This document shows, piece by piece, positions 43,210 to 54,458 of a stretch of 64,000 bases of DNA. Numbering within the stretch: position 1 is the first letter of the stretch; the number at the start of each line of letters is the position of its first letter. The notes beneath the pieces were generated by a model. The model made no database searches. It worked only from the letters and a program-made list of their open reading frames with translations, and was not told where the DNA came from. The position numbers and the translations under genes were made by a program. The DNA comes from Candidatus Gastranaerophilales bacterium (GTDB lineage Bacteria; Cyanobacteriota; Vampirovibrionia; Gastranaerophilales; Gastranaerophilaceae), in contig CALUQX010000009.1 in assembly GCA_944323045.1 (NCBI GenBank), forward strand, positions 11,903 through 75,902. Reading direction: 5' to 3'.

Positions 43210-45576
43210 TTATTTGATATCAATAACACTAACTCCGTCTCCGCCTTCTGAATTATTTCCGGGTCTGAAACCTGCTACGTAAGGAGATGTTGCTAAAAAA
43301 TCTCTGACGGCAGATTTTAATGCGCCGGTTCCGTGTCCATGAATTACTGTTACGGTAGAAATATTTGCAAGGCTTACCTCGTCCAGCCAGCTTTCCAGAT
43401 CATCCAGTGCATCTTCAACGCGATACCCCCGCAAATCCAATGTATTTGATACACTGTATTTTTTCAAGGTAAAGCTTTCCATACTTTTTGGCGAATAACT
43501 GTTGTTTTTCTTTTCAAACTTTTTGTCGTATGAAGCAAGTTTGCTTTTTTTAATTTTAGTTTTCAAATTACCCATTAAAACAGGTACATTATCATTTTTG
43601 TCCGGTAGAGCCAGAACTATAACGACCTGATTTAATTCTTTCAATAATAATTTATCACCAATTTTTATATTTGTCCAGTCTATTTCTTTATATTCTGTTT
43701 TTTCTTCATATTCGTCAAGTTTGCCGCGGAATTTCTGTTCTAAATTGGCAAGTCTTGCATATGAACGGCGTGCAATTTTTTCGGATTTTTCGCGCCTCAA
43801 TTCATCCAGTATGTCTTTTATTTCGGCTTTTACTGAAAGTAACTCGTAATCAAATTTATCTTTTATACGCTTTATAGTTTTTTTCTTATCCTTTTTAATT
43901 TCTGATAAATTCTCTTCATATTCTTTTTGTGTGGAAAGAGACTGCTCCTTAATTATTTCGGTTTCTTGAAGGTTTTGTGTTAATTTTTGCTGTGTTTCCT
44001 GAAGTTTTTCTACAACCAGAATAGAAGGGTCTTTCTGCGAAACAAGTTTATTTTTAGCCTCTTCAACTATTGATTGGTCTAATCCAAGATTTGATGATAT
44101 CAGTATAGCGTTGCTTAAACCGGGAATACCCATTAAAAGTCTATATGTCGGCTTCAAACTGGATGTATCAAATTCTACAGATGCGTTTTTGAAATAAGGA
44201 TTTGAATATTCAAGCGCTTTCAATTCGCCGTAATGGGTTGTAATTGTTGAATAAACACCTTTTTGTGCAAGATGTTCGAGTATTGTTCCTGCAAGCACAG
44301 CACCTTCCTGCGGATCTGTACCGGCACAAATTTCATCAAGCAGCACAAATGTATCATCATCACTTTTATTCAGAATGTCGATGATATTTGTCATGTGCGA
44401 TGAAAATGTTGATAAGTTCTGCAAAATACTCTGGTCATCGCCAATATCAGCAAAAATTTGTCTGAACGGATACACTTTTGCCATAGTGCATGGTAAAAAC
44501 ATGCCGGTTTTTGCCATCAGAATAAATAATCCTATTGTTTTTAGAGTAACAGTCTTGCCGCCTGTATTAGACCCGGTGATAATTACAGACTTGTAATCCT
44601 TTCCTATATCAAAATCATTTGCCACAACATTTTCAACATTGCCTATCAAAAGCGGATGTTTCATTTTTTCAAAAGATATAATCTTGTTTTTGCATATTTC
44701 CGGCTCAATGGCATGAATTTTTACCGCATATCTTGCTTTTGCAAAATGATAATCAATTTGGGCTAAAATCTTTTCTGTAGTCGCAAGTTCAGAAATTCTG
44801 TCACGTATAAGATTTGTTAATGCAACAAGAATTTTTACAAGTTCAGCATGAATCTGTGATTTTATTTCACGAATTTTGTTATTTATCGGAACAATAGATT
44901 CAGGTTCAATATAGAAAGTTTTATTTGAAGCAGAAACATCATGCACAATTCCTGCTACCTTGTTTTTGGAAGGCGCCATAACTTGAAAAACAATTCTGTC
45001 ATCACGCGTAGTATAAATATTTTCCTGCAAATATTTTTGAAAATCCGCATTATTAAGAAGTGCATTAACCTGCTTTTTCAAATTCTTTTCGGTTTCTCTT
45101 AATGAGGCATAAAGCCCTTTTAATTCAGGAGTTGCGTCAGGTTTGATGTTCAAAGAATCGTCAAATGTATCAAAAATCTGTTCTTCAATTTCGCGTTCAG
45201 ATATTAACCCTCTGGAAAGCGAGTGCAATAACGCATTTTCCTCCAGATTGTCATTCAAAAATTTTTTAACCAGTCTGGAAGAACGCAAAGTCTGTGCCGC
45301 ATCAATCAATTCTTCTTCATTAAGATATCCTGTAACAAGCGAGGATTGTAGTTGCTTTACGTCAGCAACAAACCCGACAGGAATTTCTGCAGGCAAATCC
45401 AGAATATACTTTGCTTCGCGTGTAAATTGCAGTTCTCGCTCAATATCACTTATGTTTTTAAGAGGTTTTGCCGCCAAACAAAGAGATTTGCTCTGTGAAA
45501 TTTTAGCAAATCCTGAAATTTTTTCGAGTATTTTATCAAATTCTAATGTTAATAATGTCTTTTCTTCAATGCTCAT
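43210..45576 (-). CDS. mutS2: endonuclease MutS2 (MutS domain V ATPase + C-terminal Smr domain)
   Basis: Walker A GSNTGGKT, DEICAGTDP, TTHY. C-terminal Smr (LDLRGYRVEDAL...VIHGHGTGALK). Confidence 0.9.
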   Translation of the reverse strand: MSIEEKTLLTLEFDKILEKISGFAKISQSKSLCLAAKPLKNISDIERELQFTREAKYILDLPAEIPVGFVADVKQLQSSLVTGYLNEEELIDAAQTLRSSRLVKKFLNDNLEENALLHSLSRGLISEREIEEQIFDTFDDSLNIKPDATPELKGLYASLRETEKNLKKQVNALLNNADFQKYLQENIYTTRDDRIVFQVMAPSKNKVAGIVHDVSASNKTFYIEPESIVPINNKIREIKSQIHAELVKILVALTNLIRDRISELATTEKILAQIDYHFAKARYAVKIHAIEPEICKNKIISFEKMKHPLLIGNVENVVANDFDIGKDYKSVIITGSNTGGKTVTLKTIGLFILMAKTGMFLPCTMAKVYPFRQIFADIGDDQSILQNLSTFSSHMTNIIDILNKSDDDTFVLLDEICAGTDPQEGAVLAGTILEHLAQKGVYSTITTHYGELKALEYSNPYFKNASVEFDTSSLKPTYRLLMGIPGLSNAILISSNLGLDQSIVEEAKNKLVSQKDPSILVVEKLQETQQKLTQNLQETEIIKEQSLSTQKEYEENLSEIKKDKKKTIKRIKDKFDYELLSVKAEIKDILDELRREKSEKIARRSYARLANLEQKFRGKLDEYEEKTEYKEIDWTNIKIGDKLLLKELNQVVIVLALPDKNDNVPVLMGNLKTKIKKSKLASYDKKFEKKNNSYSPKSMESFTLKKYSVSNTLDLRGYRVEDALDDLESWLDEVSLANISTVTVIHGHGTGALKSAVRDFLATSPYVAGFRPGNNSEGGDGVSVIDIK

Positions 45577-45617
45577 ATCCGTATTGTAAGCATAAAATCT
45601 GCCGCAATGCAAGGGAT

Positions 45618-46541
45618 TTAGTCTAAATAGACATCTTCCAGTAATTTAATTTCAAAGTTTGTACCTGCAGGGATAGAAATTCTTCCACCTTTAGAGAATA
45701 TAGCAAAAACAGGTGAGCCGACAATATTAACCCCGTAAACAACAACACCGGCGACAGCCGTGAATGGAGTTAATATCAATGTCCATGGATTCTGAGCAAG
45801 TTTTCCTGTTGCACGCATTGATTTTCTATAAAATTTTGCCCCTGGTCTGGTAGAATTAGCAACACCTTTCCAGTACTGACGTTTTCCTTTAATGTTATTT
45901 ACAAAAATCTTTTTCCCGTTTGCTTTTGTTATTTTGGCAGAAATATTACGTGTTGTACCGCGAAATACCATTTTATCGACATTTATGACAATGAGTCCGC
46001 CATTTCCGGTAAACTGCGGGGGATGAGAATCCTCTATTGTTGCTTTAAAAATTGTACCTGCAGGAATTGTTACATATCTTTGGGTTACACTTTCTGTTGT
46101 TTTAAAAGACATAGCAGCATTTTCAGGTGTGTAGTCAGAAATTGCTGTCAAGGATTTTACTTTGAATTTAGTACCTTTTTTAATTTTCATAGCCGCAATA
46201 CCTTCACGACTCAACTGGCTTTTTTCTTGCCCCGGAAGTGTTTGAATACGTCGCGGAGTTTTTTTGCCTGAATCAGTAACTACAGGCAGAGTCTTTGGCG
46301 GCGGAGCGGCAGGAGATGTTGTAGCAGGAGCTCCTGTCACAGATTTTTGCGGAGCTGATGTTGAAGCCGCATCAGTTTTAGGCAAAGGCGGCAACAAATC
46401 CTTTTCAATTTGAGAAGGATTGTAATGCTTTCTTATTTCTTCATCAACTGATACATCGAGTTCTAAAGCCAATGCTGACATTGAAAAAATTGACAATGCC
46501 AGCATTAGACTCAATATTTTTTTGAAAAGCGAACTTTTCAC
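45618..46541 (-). CDS. hypothetical secreted protein with Pro/Thr-rich linker
   Basis: Signal peptide (LALSIFSMSALA) and a PAAPPPKTLP linker. No enzymatic motif. Confidence 0.5.
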   Translation of the reverse strand: MKSSLFKKILSLMLALSIFSMSALALELDVSVDEEIRKHYNPSQIEKDLLPPLPKTDAASTSAPQKSVTGAPATTSPAAPPPKTLPVVTDSGKKTPRRIQTLPGQEKSQLSREGIAAMKIKKGTKFKVKSLTAISDYTPENAAMSFKTTESVTQRYVTIPAGTIFKATIEDSHPPQFTGNGGLIVINVDKMVFRGTTRNISAKITKANGKKIFVNNIKGKRQYWKGVANSTRPGAKFYRKSMRATGKLAQNPWTLILTPFTAVAGVVVYGVNIVGSPVFAIFSKGGRISIPAGTNFEIKLLEDVYLD

Positions 46542-46557
46542 CGCAAAATTCCTCTTG

Positions 46558-47928
46558 CTATTTTAGTAATTCATTAATTGCTTTAGCAGCTTTTTTACCG
46601 GCGCCCATTGCATTAATCGCGTTTGACTCACCAACAGGTGCGACATCACCGCCAGCATAAACAGTCGGAATATTGGTGCATCTTGTTTCGCCATCTACTG
46701 TGATATAGCCGCGTTTATCGGTGATTATTTCAAGTCCTTCTGCTTCTGCAGAACGCTGAATAATAGGGTTAGGACCTGTGCCTAATGCAACGATTACAGT
46801 ATCCAGTTCCATTCTTTCAACTTTTCCTGTAGAAACAGGTCTGCGGCGTCCGCTCTCATCAGGTTCACCGAGTTCCATAACTTCAAGGTCAACCGCTTTT
46901 ACATAACCGTCTTCGCCAATAATTTCTTTTGGCGCATAAAGGAATTTAAACACAACCCCTTCTTCTTTTGCGTGGCGAATTTCTTCAAGACGTGCCGGTA
47001 GTTCTTTTTCAGTACGTCTATAAATAATATAGACTTCTTCAAATCCAACACGAACAGCGGTTCTGGCAGCATCCATAGCAACATTACCGCCGCCGAATAC
47101 AGCAACTTTTTTACCAACTCTTAATGGAGTCGGGCTGTTTGGCTGACCAGCATGCATAAGATTTACGCGGGTAAGGAATTCGTTTGCAGAGAAAACCCCG
47201 TTCAGATTTTCACCTGGAACATGCAGCATTTTTGGAAGTCCGGCGCCTGAACAGATGAATATAGCATCAAATCCGTCTTCTTTTAACTGTTTTAAAGTGA
47301 TAGATTTTCCGACAATAACATTGGTAAAGAATTTTACCCCCATAGCTTTAAGGTTGTCAATTTCTCTATCAAGAACAGTTCGAGGAAGTCTGAATGGCGG
47401 AATACCATAACGCAGAACACCGCCCAATTCATGCAGTGCTTCAAATACAACGACTTCATGTCCTGCTTTTCTTAAATCCGCAGCGGCAGTAATACCAGCG
47501 CATCCGGAGCCTACAACCGCAACTTTTTTACCGGACGGTTTAATTTCCGGCATATCAGCTTTAGTGTTGTCGCCGACATATCTTTCTAATGCGCCGATTG
47601 CCACAGGCAGACCTTTGATACCTAAAACGCAATTGCCTTCACATTGACGTTCCTGCGGACAGACACGTCCACAAACAGAAGGCAGCATACTTGTTTCTCT
47701 AATAATTTCACCGGCTTTATCCAGATTATCTTCTTTAATAGCCTGAATAAACTGCGGAATTTGAATATTAACCGGACATCCCTGAACGCATCTTGGATTT
47801 TTGCAGTTCAGACAGCGGGACGCCTCAAGTTTAACCTGTTCCGGAGTCAAATTACTTTCAACCGGATCAAAGTTATGTCTTCTTTCCAGTTTATCTTGTT
47901 CTTGCACATGTTGTCTTTCTATTGCCAT
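46558..47928 (-). CDS. gltD: NAD(P)H-dependent glutamate synthase small-subunit-like oxidoreductase
   Basis: N-terminal Fe-S Cys clusters (CLNC..PRCVQGCPV; CGRVCP...CEGNC) and two dinucleotide folds (VVGSGCAG; VFGGGNVAMD). Confidence 0.85.
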   Translation of the reverse strand: MAIERQHVQEQDKLERRHNFDPVESNLTPEQVKLEASRCLNCKNPRCVQGCPVNIQIPQFIQAIKEDNLDKAGEIIRETSMLPSVCGRVCPQERQCEGNCVLGIKGLPVAIGALERYVGDNTKADMPEIKPSGKKVAVVGSGCAGITAAADLRKAGHEVVVFEALHELGGVLRYGIPPFRLPRTVLDREIDNLKAMGVKFFTNVIVGKSITLKQLKEDGFDAIFICSGAGLPKMLHVPGENLNGVFSANEFLTRVNLMHAGQPNSPTPLRVGKKVAVFGGGNVAMDAARTAVRVGFEEVYIIYRRTEKELPARLEEIRHAKEEGVVFKFLYAPKEIIGEDGYVKAVDLEVMELGEPDESGRRRPVSTGKVERMELDTVIVALGTGPNPIIQRSAEAEGLEIITDKRGYITVDGETRCTNIPTVYAGGDVAPVGESNAINAMGAGKKAAKAINELLK

Positions 47929-48009
47929 CTTATATCCCCTTTGTTAAATGTATAATTTAATAATTTTATTATAGAGCAAATAAATCAGATATGCAAGAAG
48001 TTCTTTTTG

Positions 48010-48388
48010 GAAAAGTGAAGAGAGTGAGTGATGTGAGTAAGGTGAGTGTAGTGAGTAAAGTGTTTACAAGTCGTAGGGTGCCGTCGTTTCGACGAACCGA
48101 TTTTCTGTGAACAGTGACCTGTGACCAGTGAACGGTTGTTTTGGAAAAGACGTTAGGACGATAAGACGTGTCTTGGATTTGCCCCACGCTCGGAAAGTTT
48201 CGCTTTTGAACCTGCGGTTCAACTCCGCTCAATTTCCTCGCTATCCGGATTTGTGCCTTCGGCACTCCATCCGTGCGCAAATCCGCTAAGTCCGTTAAGA
48301 AGAAACAGGCAATGTGGAAAAGCCTACGTTGTCTGTTGTTGTAACTACTTAGCCCCTTAGTGCCTTAGTAACTTAGTGCCTTTCCATT
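48010..48388. repeat. mosaic interspersed-repeat region downstream of paralog C
   Basis: GTGAGTNNN 9-mers (48015-48060), the GTCGTAGGGTGCCGTCGTTTCGACGAACCG module (48070-48099), GTGAAC/GTGACC units, ACGTTAGG units and TTAGTGCC units. Confidence 0.8.
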
Positions 48389-48405
48389 AAGAGGCTCCGC
48401 CTCTT
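48389..48405 (-). other. stop-codon-overlapping hairpin (same as at paralogs A and B)
   Basis: AAGAGGCTCCGCCTCTT on the plus strand, which is the reverse complement of AAGAGGCGGAGCCTCTT. Confidence 0.8.
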
Positions 48406-49516
48406 AATGGTCAAGACAAACCGCGAAGAATTTTTTGTTACGGTTGTCGTAGCGCGGACCTGTGCTGGTATAGCCGAAGTGTCTAGCGTCCTCTGCGGTA
48501 GATGACCAAACATAGAACCGTTCAGAATATGATGTTAAAGCTGAGAGGAATTGGTCTGCTTTTTCTGTATCTAATGTTATGCCTGATACACTCTTATGGG
48601 CGTCTATTGTGAATTTCAAATTATATAAATATGTCGCTAGTTCGCCTAGATGTGTCATTGTTGGCATGTTGTTTATTCCTCCGCATGCCGCCACTGCCCC
48701 TGCCCAATAATCATAGTCAGACGTACATTTGTTTATACCTAAGTCTTCCTTTTGTTCTTCACATAGAGCTTTACTTAATGGGCTATACAGTGAGAGTATT
48801 TGAGTTATGCAAAATCCTACTTCGTCTTCTGGCAGCAAGCAGCCTGTTACGCCTGCTAGTTGGGTTACATTTGCGTTATGGGCAATGTCTTTGCCGTTGG
48901 TATTCGGATTTTTGTTGCCGGAGACATCGTAAAGTATCGCCATGCTGTTACTTGTGGCGTTGAACTGGTTATTATACGGGTCTTGGGTCGCATTCGGATT
49001 GTAGGCAATTACTGCATTTACGCCATTCGCAAATTGCACTGCCACCGTATCAGTCTCCCAATCCAGACCAAAAGCTGATGCATCTGTTACTTTTGACATG
49101 TCTACTGGTTCCTCATCAGCACTCCAAATAACTTCTTTATTAAAGCATTTTGTAATATTGTCATTATCGCAGACTCTTGTGATTTTAATATATTTTTTCA
49201 ACTCATTCACAAAGTCCATGGTTGAATTGTAACCGGCTAGTTTTTCCTCTGTGTTCATTTGTCTTGTGGCTACCTCAAGGCGTTTTTCAAAGACATCTTT
49301 TGCGGTTAACCATGCATGCTCATTGTAATTTTTCACTAGGCTTGGTATCGTTATCGCTGCCACCACGCCGATGATTGCGAGGGTGATTAAGACCTCTGCC
49401 AAAGTAAACGCGGCTTTTGGGGAAGTGATTAAGTGAGTGAAGTGAGTACGGTGAGTACCGTTGTTTCTGGAATGGGTCTGAGCCATGGCTTCGTTGATTT
49501 TGTTGTTAGTTTTCAT
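48404..49516 (-). CDS. prepilin-type N-terminal methylation-domain protein with lectin-like C-terminus (paralog C)
   Basis: Start chosen by homology to paralog B (…CAACTCCAAATGAAAAC); the ORF track extends to 49564. AFTLAEVLITLAIIGVVAAITIPSL. C-terminal FYVWSS...AVCLDH. Confidence 0.85.
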   Translation of the reverse strand: MKTNNKINEAMAQTHSRNNGTHRTHFTHLITSPKAAFTLAEVLITLAIIGVVAAITIPSLVKNYNEHAWLTAKDVFEKRLEVATRQMNTEEKLAGYNSTMDFVNELKKYIKITRVCDNDNITKCFNKEVIWSADEEPVDMSKVTDASAFGLDWETDTVAVQFANGVNAVIAYNPNATQDPYNNQFNATSNSMAILYDVSGNKNPNTNGKDIAHNANVTQLAGVTGCLLPEDEVGFCITQILSLYSPLSKALCEEQKEDLGINKCTSDYDYWAGAVAACGGINNMPTMTHLGELATYLYNLKFTIDAHKSVSGITLDTEKADQFLSALTSYSERFYVWSSTAEDARHFGYTSTGPRYDNRNKKFFAVCLDH

Positions 49517-49709
49517 TTGGAGTTGTTCCTTTCCTGTTTTTCTAGCTTCTGTTTTGGTATTCATAAATATTCCTTATATTCTTAACTTATATTTACATTT
49601 TACCACATGTTTAAGATAAATACAACATGTTTGTTACAAATAATTTACCGGCGTGTTTATTAGCCCTGTATCAAGATGTAGGCTAAAATTTACCTATAGG
49701 GATAAAATA

Positions 49710-49985
49710 ATGACACAACGAACAAGAATAAAAATATCTGAACAAATTGATACAGAAATGAAAGACCGGATAAGACGCACTATTAAAACAGCGATTATTC
49801 AGAAATATAATACCTATATAGCTTTTTGCTCGGATTTTAACAAGCATCTTGAAAGCCGCGGCAAACGTAATAATTTTACAGACAGGGTACTTTCTAATAA
49901 ATTAAACCGTGGAGATATTCGTTTTTATGAAGTACTGGAGATTTTAGATTTCCTTGGTTATGATTTTAAAATCACAGCTAAATAA
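49710..49985 (+). CDS. small HTH-like regulator (antidote-like, no partner toxin)
   Basis: ...LSNKLNRGDIRFYEVLEILDFLGYDFKI shares its C-terminal pattern with 19701 and 56906. Divergent from paralog C. Confidence 0.5.
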   Translation: MTQRTRIKISEQIDTEMKDRIRRTIKTAIIQKYNTYIAFCSDFNKHLESRGKRNNFTDRVLSNKLNRGDIRFYEVLEILDFLGYDFKITAK

Positions 49986-50120
49986 ATAAACACGGCTATC
50001 ACTGACTCACAACCAAATTCTCCATCTAAAGTATGAAATTTTGTTAAAATTATTAAAGTTTTTTTCATGACATGCCGTATATATATACAAAGGCATGTAG
50101 TAGAAAAGGAATGAAATTTC

Positions 50121-51386
50121 ATGGACAATAAAGATTTGCAAAATGGTGTTTCGCTCTTCGGACAGTCCGAATACCTTGTCGGGCAGGATCCGCTTGAAGA
50201 GATTTTTGCGTTGAATCTCGGGGATTTTATCTCTGAACATCTTATTTCTGAAGATTTGGCAAAAAAAATCGGCTCAAGCGTTAAAGATAAAAAATCTGGA
50301 TTGAAAAACCAACTCGCTGAATTAATATCTATATATTCTTTGCAAAACACTCTGTGCGTTCTGAGTTTTAACAGCAAAGAAGATTATGCTATTTATACAT
50401 CTATTGCCCAATCTATCGCGCAAATGCTAGAGGTACCTGTTTGTCAAATATATCTGGCTAAAGATATTGCTAAAGGGCTTGATAACTCTGATAATAAACT
50501 TTCGCTTGCAGGATATTCCGGTGATGATAAGGCAGAACTGCACGATATTGTACAAAAAGCTTTCAATGAAAAAGAAACTGTCTCTGAAAACAATATGACA
50601 GCAATTCCGATGTACAGTCATTTAAAAACACTCGGCGTTATTTCTTTTTACAGTGAAAAAGAAATTCAAAAAGAGTATCTTGAACTGGTTGAAAGTATTG
50701 CGTCACTGTTCGCAACTTCAATGACTCTGCAAACCGAAATTGATCATACAAATAAACTTCTGGCTGATGAAAATTCAACAGTATCAGAATTACAGCACAT
50801 CAGAGCGGAATTAACCGCTTTAATCGGCGATTTGTGTGATTATCAGCAGATTTTTGTAGAACGGCTTGCAAATGCGGTTGATGCCAAAGGGCAGTACAAA
50901 GTTTCTCATTCTAAAAATACCGCAAATCTAGCGCGTAAAATCTGTCATGAACTCGGTTTAAACGAAAAAACAACAGATTTGATTTATTATGCAGGATTAC
51001 TGCTAAATATAGGTAAAATCGCACTTCCTGAAAAGATGTTTGCAACAAATGGCAAACTCTCACCGGAAGATTTGAAACGTATCAAAAACCATTCAAATAT
51101 CGGGGTACACTTCCTGATGAACATCAACTTCCTGTCAGAAGTTGTGCCATATATTACCTATCAGACAGAACGCGTTGACGGCTCAGGTTCGCCGGAAGGT
51201 CTGAAAGGGCAGTCTATTCCTTTAGGTTCAAGGATTATTGCCGCAGCAGATGCATTTTCTGCAATGACCTCTGACAGACCTTACAGAAAAGCGATGTCTA
51301 AAGAACAGGCAATAGAAATTATGCAAAAAGAGGCTGGGACTAAGTGGGACAATGATGTTGTACAAGCCCTGACCCATATCATATAA
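50121..51386 (+). CDS. GAF-like + degenerate HD-GYP domain protein
   Basis: HD-GYP-family layout (ERVDGSGSPEGLKG...RIIAAADAFSAMTSDRPYRKA). However, HD is replaced by LN (LLLNIGKI), HHE by QTE, and GYP by GSP. Confidence 0.7.
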   Translation: MDNKDLQNGVSLFGQSEYLVGQDPLEEIFALNLGDFISEHLISEDLAKKIGSSVKDKKSGLKNQLAELISIYSLQNTLCVLSFNSKEDYAIYTSIAQSIAQMLEVPVCQIYLAKDIAKGLDNSDNKLSLAGYSGDDKAELHDIVQKAFNEKETVSENNMTAIPMYSHLKTLGVISFYSEKEIQKEYLELVESIASLFATSMTLQTEIDHTNKLLADENSTVSELQHIRAELTALIGDLCDYQQIFVERLANAVDAKGQYKVSHSKNTANLARKICHELGLNEKTTDLIYYAGLLLNIGKIALPEKMFATNGKLSPEDLKRIKNHSNIGVHFLMNINFLSEVVPYITYQTERVDGSGSPEGLKGQSIPLGSRIIAAADAFSAMTSDRPYRKAMSKEQAIEIMQKEAGTKWDNDVVQALTHII

Positions 51387-51390
51387 AATA

Positions 51391-51419
51391 AAAGGTGAGT
51401 TTTAAAACTCACCTTTTTT
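51391..51419. terminator. bidirectional terminator
   Basis: AAAGGTGAGTTTTAAAACTCACCTTTTTT between convergent genes. Confidence 0.75.
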
Positions 51420-51424
51420 ATTGC

Positions 51425-51718
51425 CTACTGAACTATACTGAATGCAACTATATCATCTATATTAATATTAAGCCAGTCATATCTGAAACAAATATAATCA
51501 TTGCATTCACAGCTTTCGTCATCACATGCACAGTAATCCTCCAGGCGGCATATCAATGCGTTTTCCAGTGTTAAATATTCATCGTTGCATTCATCGCATC
51601 TGCCTTCTGCTTTGAATATTCTGCCGTCAATTTTTAAATGTGATGTAAATACCGTAATTTTGTCAGACCCGCTTGACTCCATAATTTTATCCAGTGTTTT
51701 TAATAATTTTTTAGACAT
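51425..51718 (-). CDS. hypothetical Cys-rich small protein
   Basis: Nine Cys, including CDEC and C.C...C.C patterns. No family recognised. Confidence 0.4.
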   Translation of the reverse strand: MSKKLLKTLDKIMESSGSDKITVFTSHLKIDGRIFKAEGRCDECNDEYLTLENALICRLEDYCACDDESCECNDYICFRYDWLNINIDDIVAFSIVQ

Positions 51719-51836
51719 AAATATTCCTCCTTACCCTGTGTATTATAAACTTATATTTATTAAAAATTATGCGAAAAACCGGCTATATAACCGTGGATAC
51801 ACAAAAGTCGAAAAATAATAAAATAAATTTTTATAA

Positions 51837-52916
<1,080 letters not shown>

Positions 52917-52937
52917 TTGGAATAAGAGATAAGAATA

Positions 52938-53780
52938 ATGTTTAGTACAGAAGCGATATACGAAGTAATACAATTTTCAATAGGCGATACAAAAGCCGGC
53001 ACAAAAATGGGCAAATTACAGTTAAAAAATACAGAAGATGATACGGTTTTAAACTGTATTCTCTGGGAAGAAACACTCAACCGTATGGATGCAAAAATTT
53101 TTCGCACCGGCAATTTAGTGCGTATAATTTCAGCATCATTCAACGAAAAATATAACAACTGCCTTGTCTCTGTTTTGGAACTTGTCAAAGAGGCAAAAAC
53201 AGGGTTAGATGCGGCTGAACGCGAAAAGGCTTTTAAAGAATTAACTGCATACTTTGACAAAATTTCTGATGACGGGAAACGAACATTCTTGAAAGAATTT
53301 TTCTCAAAATACGGGGAAAAAATCAAAATTGCACCTGCTGCAAAAGTTATGCACCACAATTACATCGGCGGGCTGCTTGTTCATATACTGGAATGCCTAA
53401 AATTTGCAGAAAACAATCTTGAATTGTGCGAAGTTAAATTGAATAAAGATGATATTTTTATGGCTTGTATTCTGCATGATATCGGCAAAATTTTTGAGTA
53501 CACAGTTGATTTGGAAAACGGACTGATTGATTATGATGAACATTTCCATAAAGATTGGATAACACATTCACAGTACGGGTTTTCTATCTGTATGACAGAA
53601 GGCTACAAAGAGGTCGCCAGAATGATTGCCGCCCACCACGGACGCGCAGACTGGGGCGCTATAATTGATTTGAATGAAAAAGACCTTGAACCGGCGCTTT
53701 ATTTCATTCACATTGTAGACAATCTGTCTGCCAAGTTCGGAAAAATAAATGTTGCTTTATTAGAAAAAAATGAGGGTTAA
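52938..53780 (+). CDS. OB-fold + HD-domain phosphohydrolase (YhaM-like 3'-5' exoribonuclease family)
   Basis: N-terminal OB-like segment. HD motif (ACILHDIGKI), upstream H (HHNYIGGLLVH) and downstream AAHHG. Confidence 0.6.
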   Translation: MFSTEAIYEVIQFSIGDTKAGTKMGKLQLKNTEDDTVLNCILWEETLNRMDAKIFRTGNLVRIISASFNEKYNNCLVSVLELVKEAKTGLDAAEREKAFKELTAYFDKISDDGKRTFLKEFFSKYGEKIKIAPAAKVMHHNYIGGLLVHILECLKFAENNLELCEVKLNKDDIFMACILHDIGKIFEYTVDLENGLIDYDEHFHKDWITHSQYGFSICMTEGYKEVARMIAAHHGRADWGAIIDLNEKDLEPALYFIHIVDNLSAKFGKINVALLEKNEG

Positions 53781-53783
53781 TAT

Positions 53784-54458
53784 TTGTCTAAACTTACTGA
53801 AAAACATAATTTAAAAGGAACTTTAGTCTGTGTTGAAGGGATTGACGGGTCAGGCAAATCCACACAGCTTACACTGCTTAGAGACTGGTTAAAATCAATC
53901 GGTCAGGATGTTATTTTTACGGAGTGGAATTCTTCTGAATTAATCTGTCAGACGACCAAACTTGCCAAGAAAAAAAATCTTTTGTCGCCGAGGACATTTT
54001 CTCTTTTGCATGCAGTGGATTTTGCAGATAGGTTTAAACAGGTTATTGCCCCTGCGCTTAAAGCCGGATTTATTGTCCTTGCAGATAGATATGCCTATAC
54101 AGCTTTTGCAAGAGATGTTGCGCGAGGGGCTGATCCGCAATGGGTAAGACAGGTTTATAATTTTGCGATTAAGCCTGATTTAGCTGTTTATTTTGATATA
54201 GATCCGCAGGCATCTATGGAGAGAATATGTTCCAACCGCGCTCCAAAATTCTATGAAGCAGGTATGGATTTAAAACTCAGCAATGACCCTTATGAAAGCT
54301 ATATTATTTTTCAAGGAAGAGTAATCCGTGAATATCAAAAAATGGTCGATGAATTCGGACTCGTTAAACTGGATGCAAAAGATTCAATCCACACAAAACA
54401 GGTTGAAATAAGACGTCTTTTAAAAGAGATATTAAAAGCAAAAGGAGTGGAAATTTAA
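53784..54458 (+). CDS. thymidylate-kinase-family protein (paralog 1)
   Basis: P-loop VEGIDGSGKSTQ and the DRY motif (LADRYAYTAFA). TTG start with a GAGGG RBS. Confidence 0.65.
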   Translation: MSKLTEKHNLKGTLVCVEGIDGSGKSTQLTLLRDWLKSIGQDVIFTEWNSSELICQTTKLAKKKNLLSPRTFSLLHAVDFADRFKQVIAPALKAGFIVLADRYAYTAFARDVARGADPQWVRQVYNFAIKPDLAVYFDIDPQASMERICSNRAPKFYEAGMDLKLSNDPYESYIIFQGRVIREYQKMVDEFGLVKLDAKDSIHTKQVEIRRLLKEILKAKGVEI

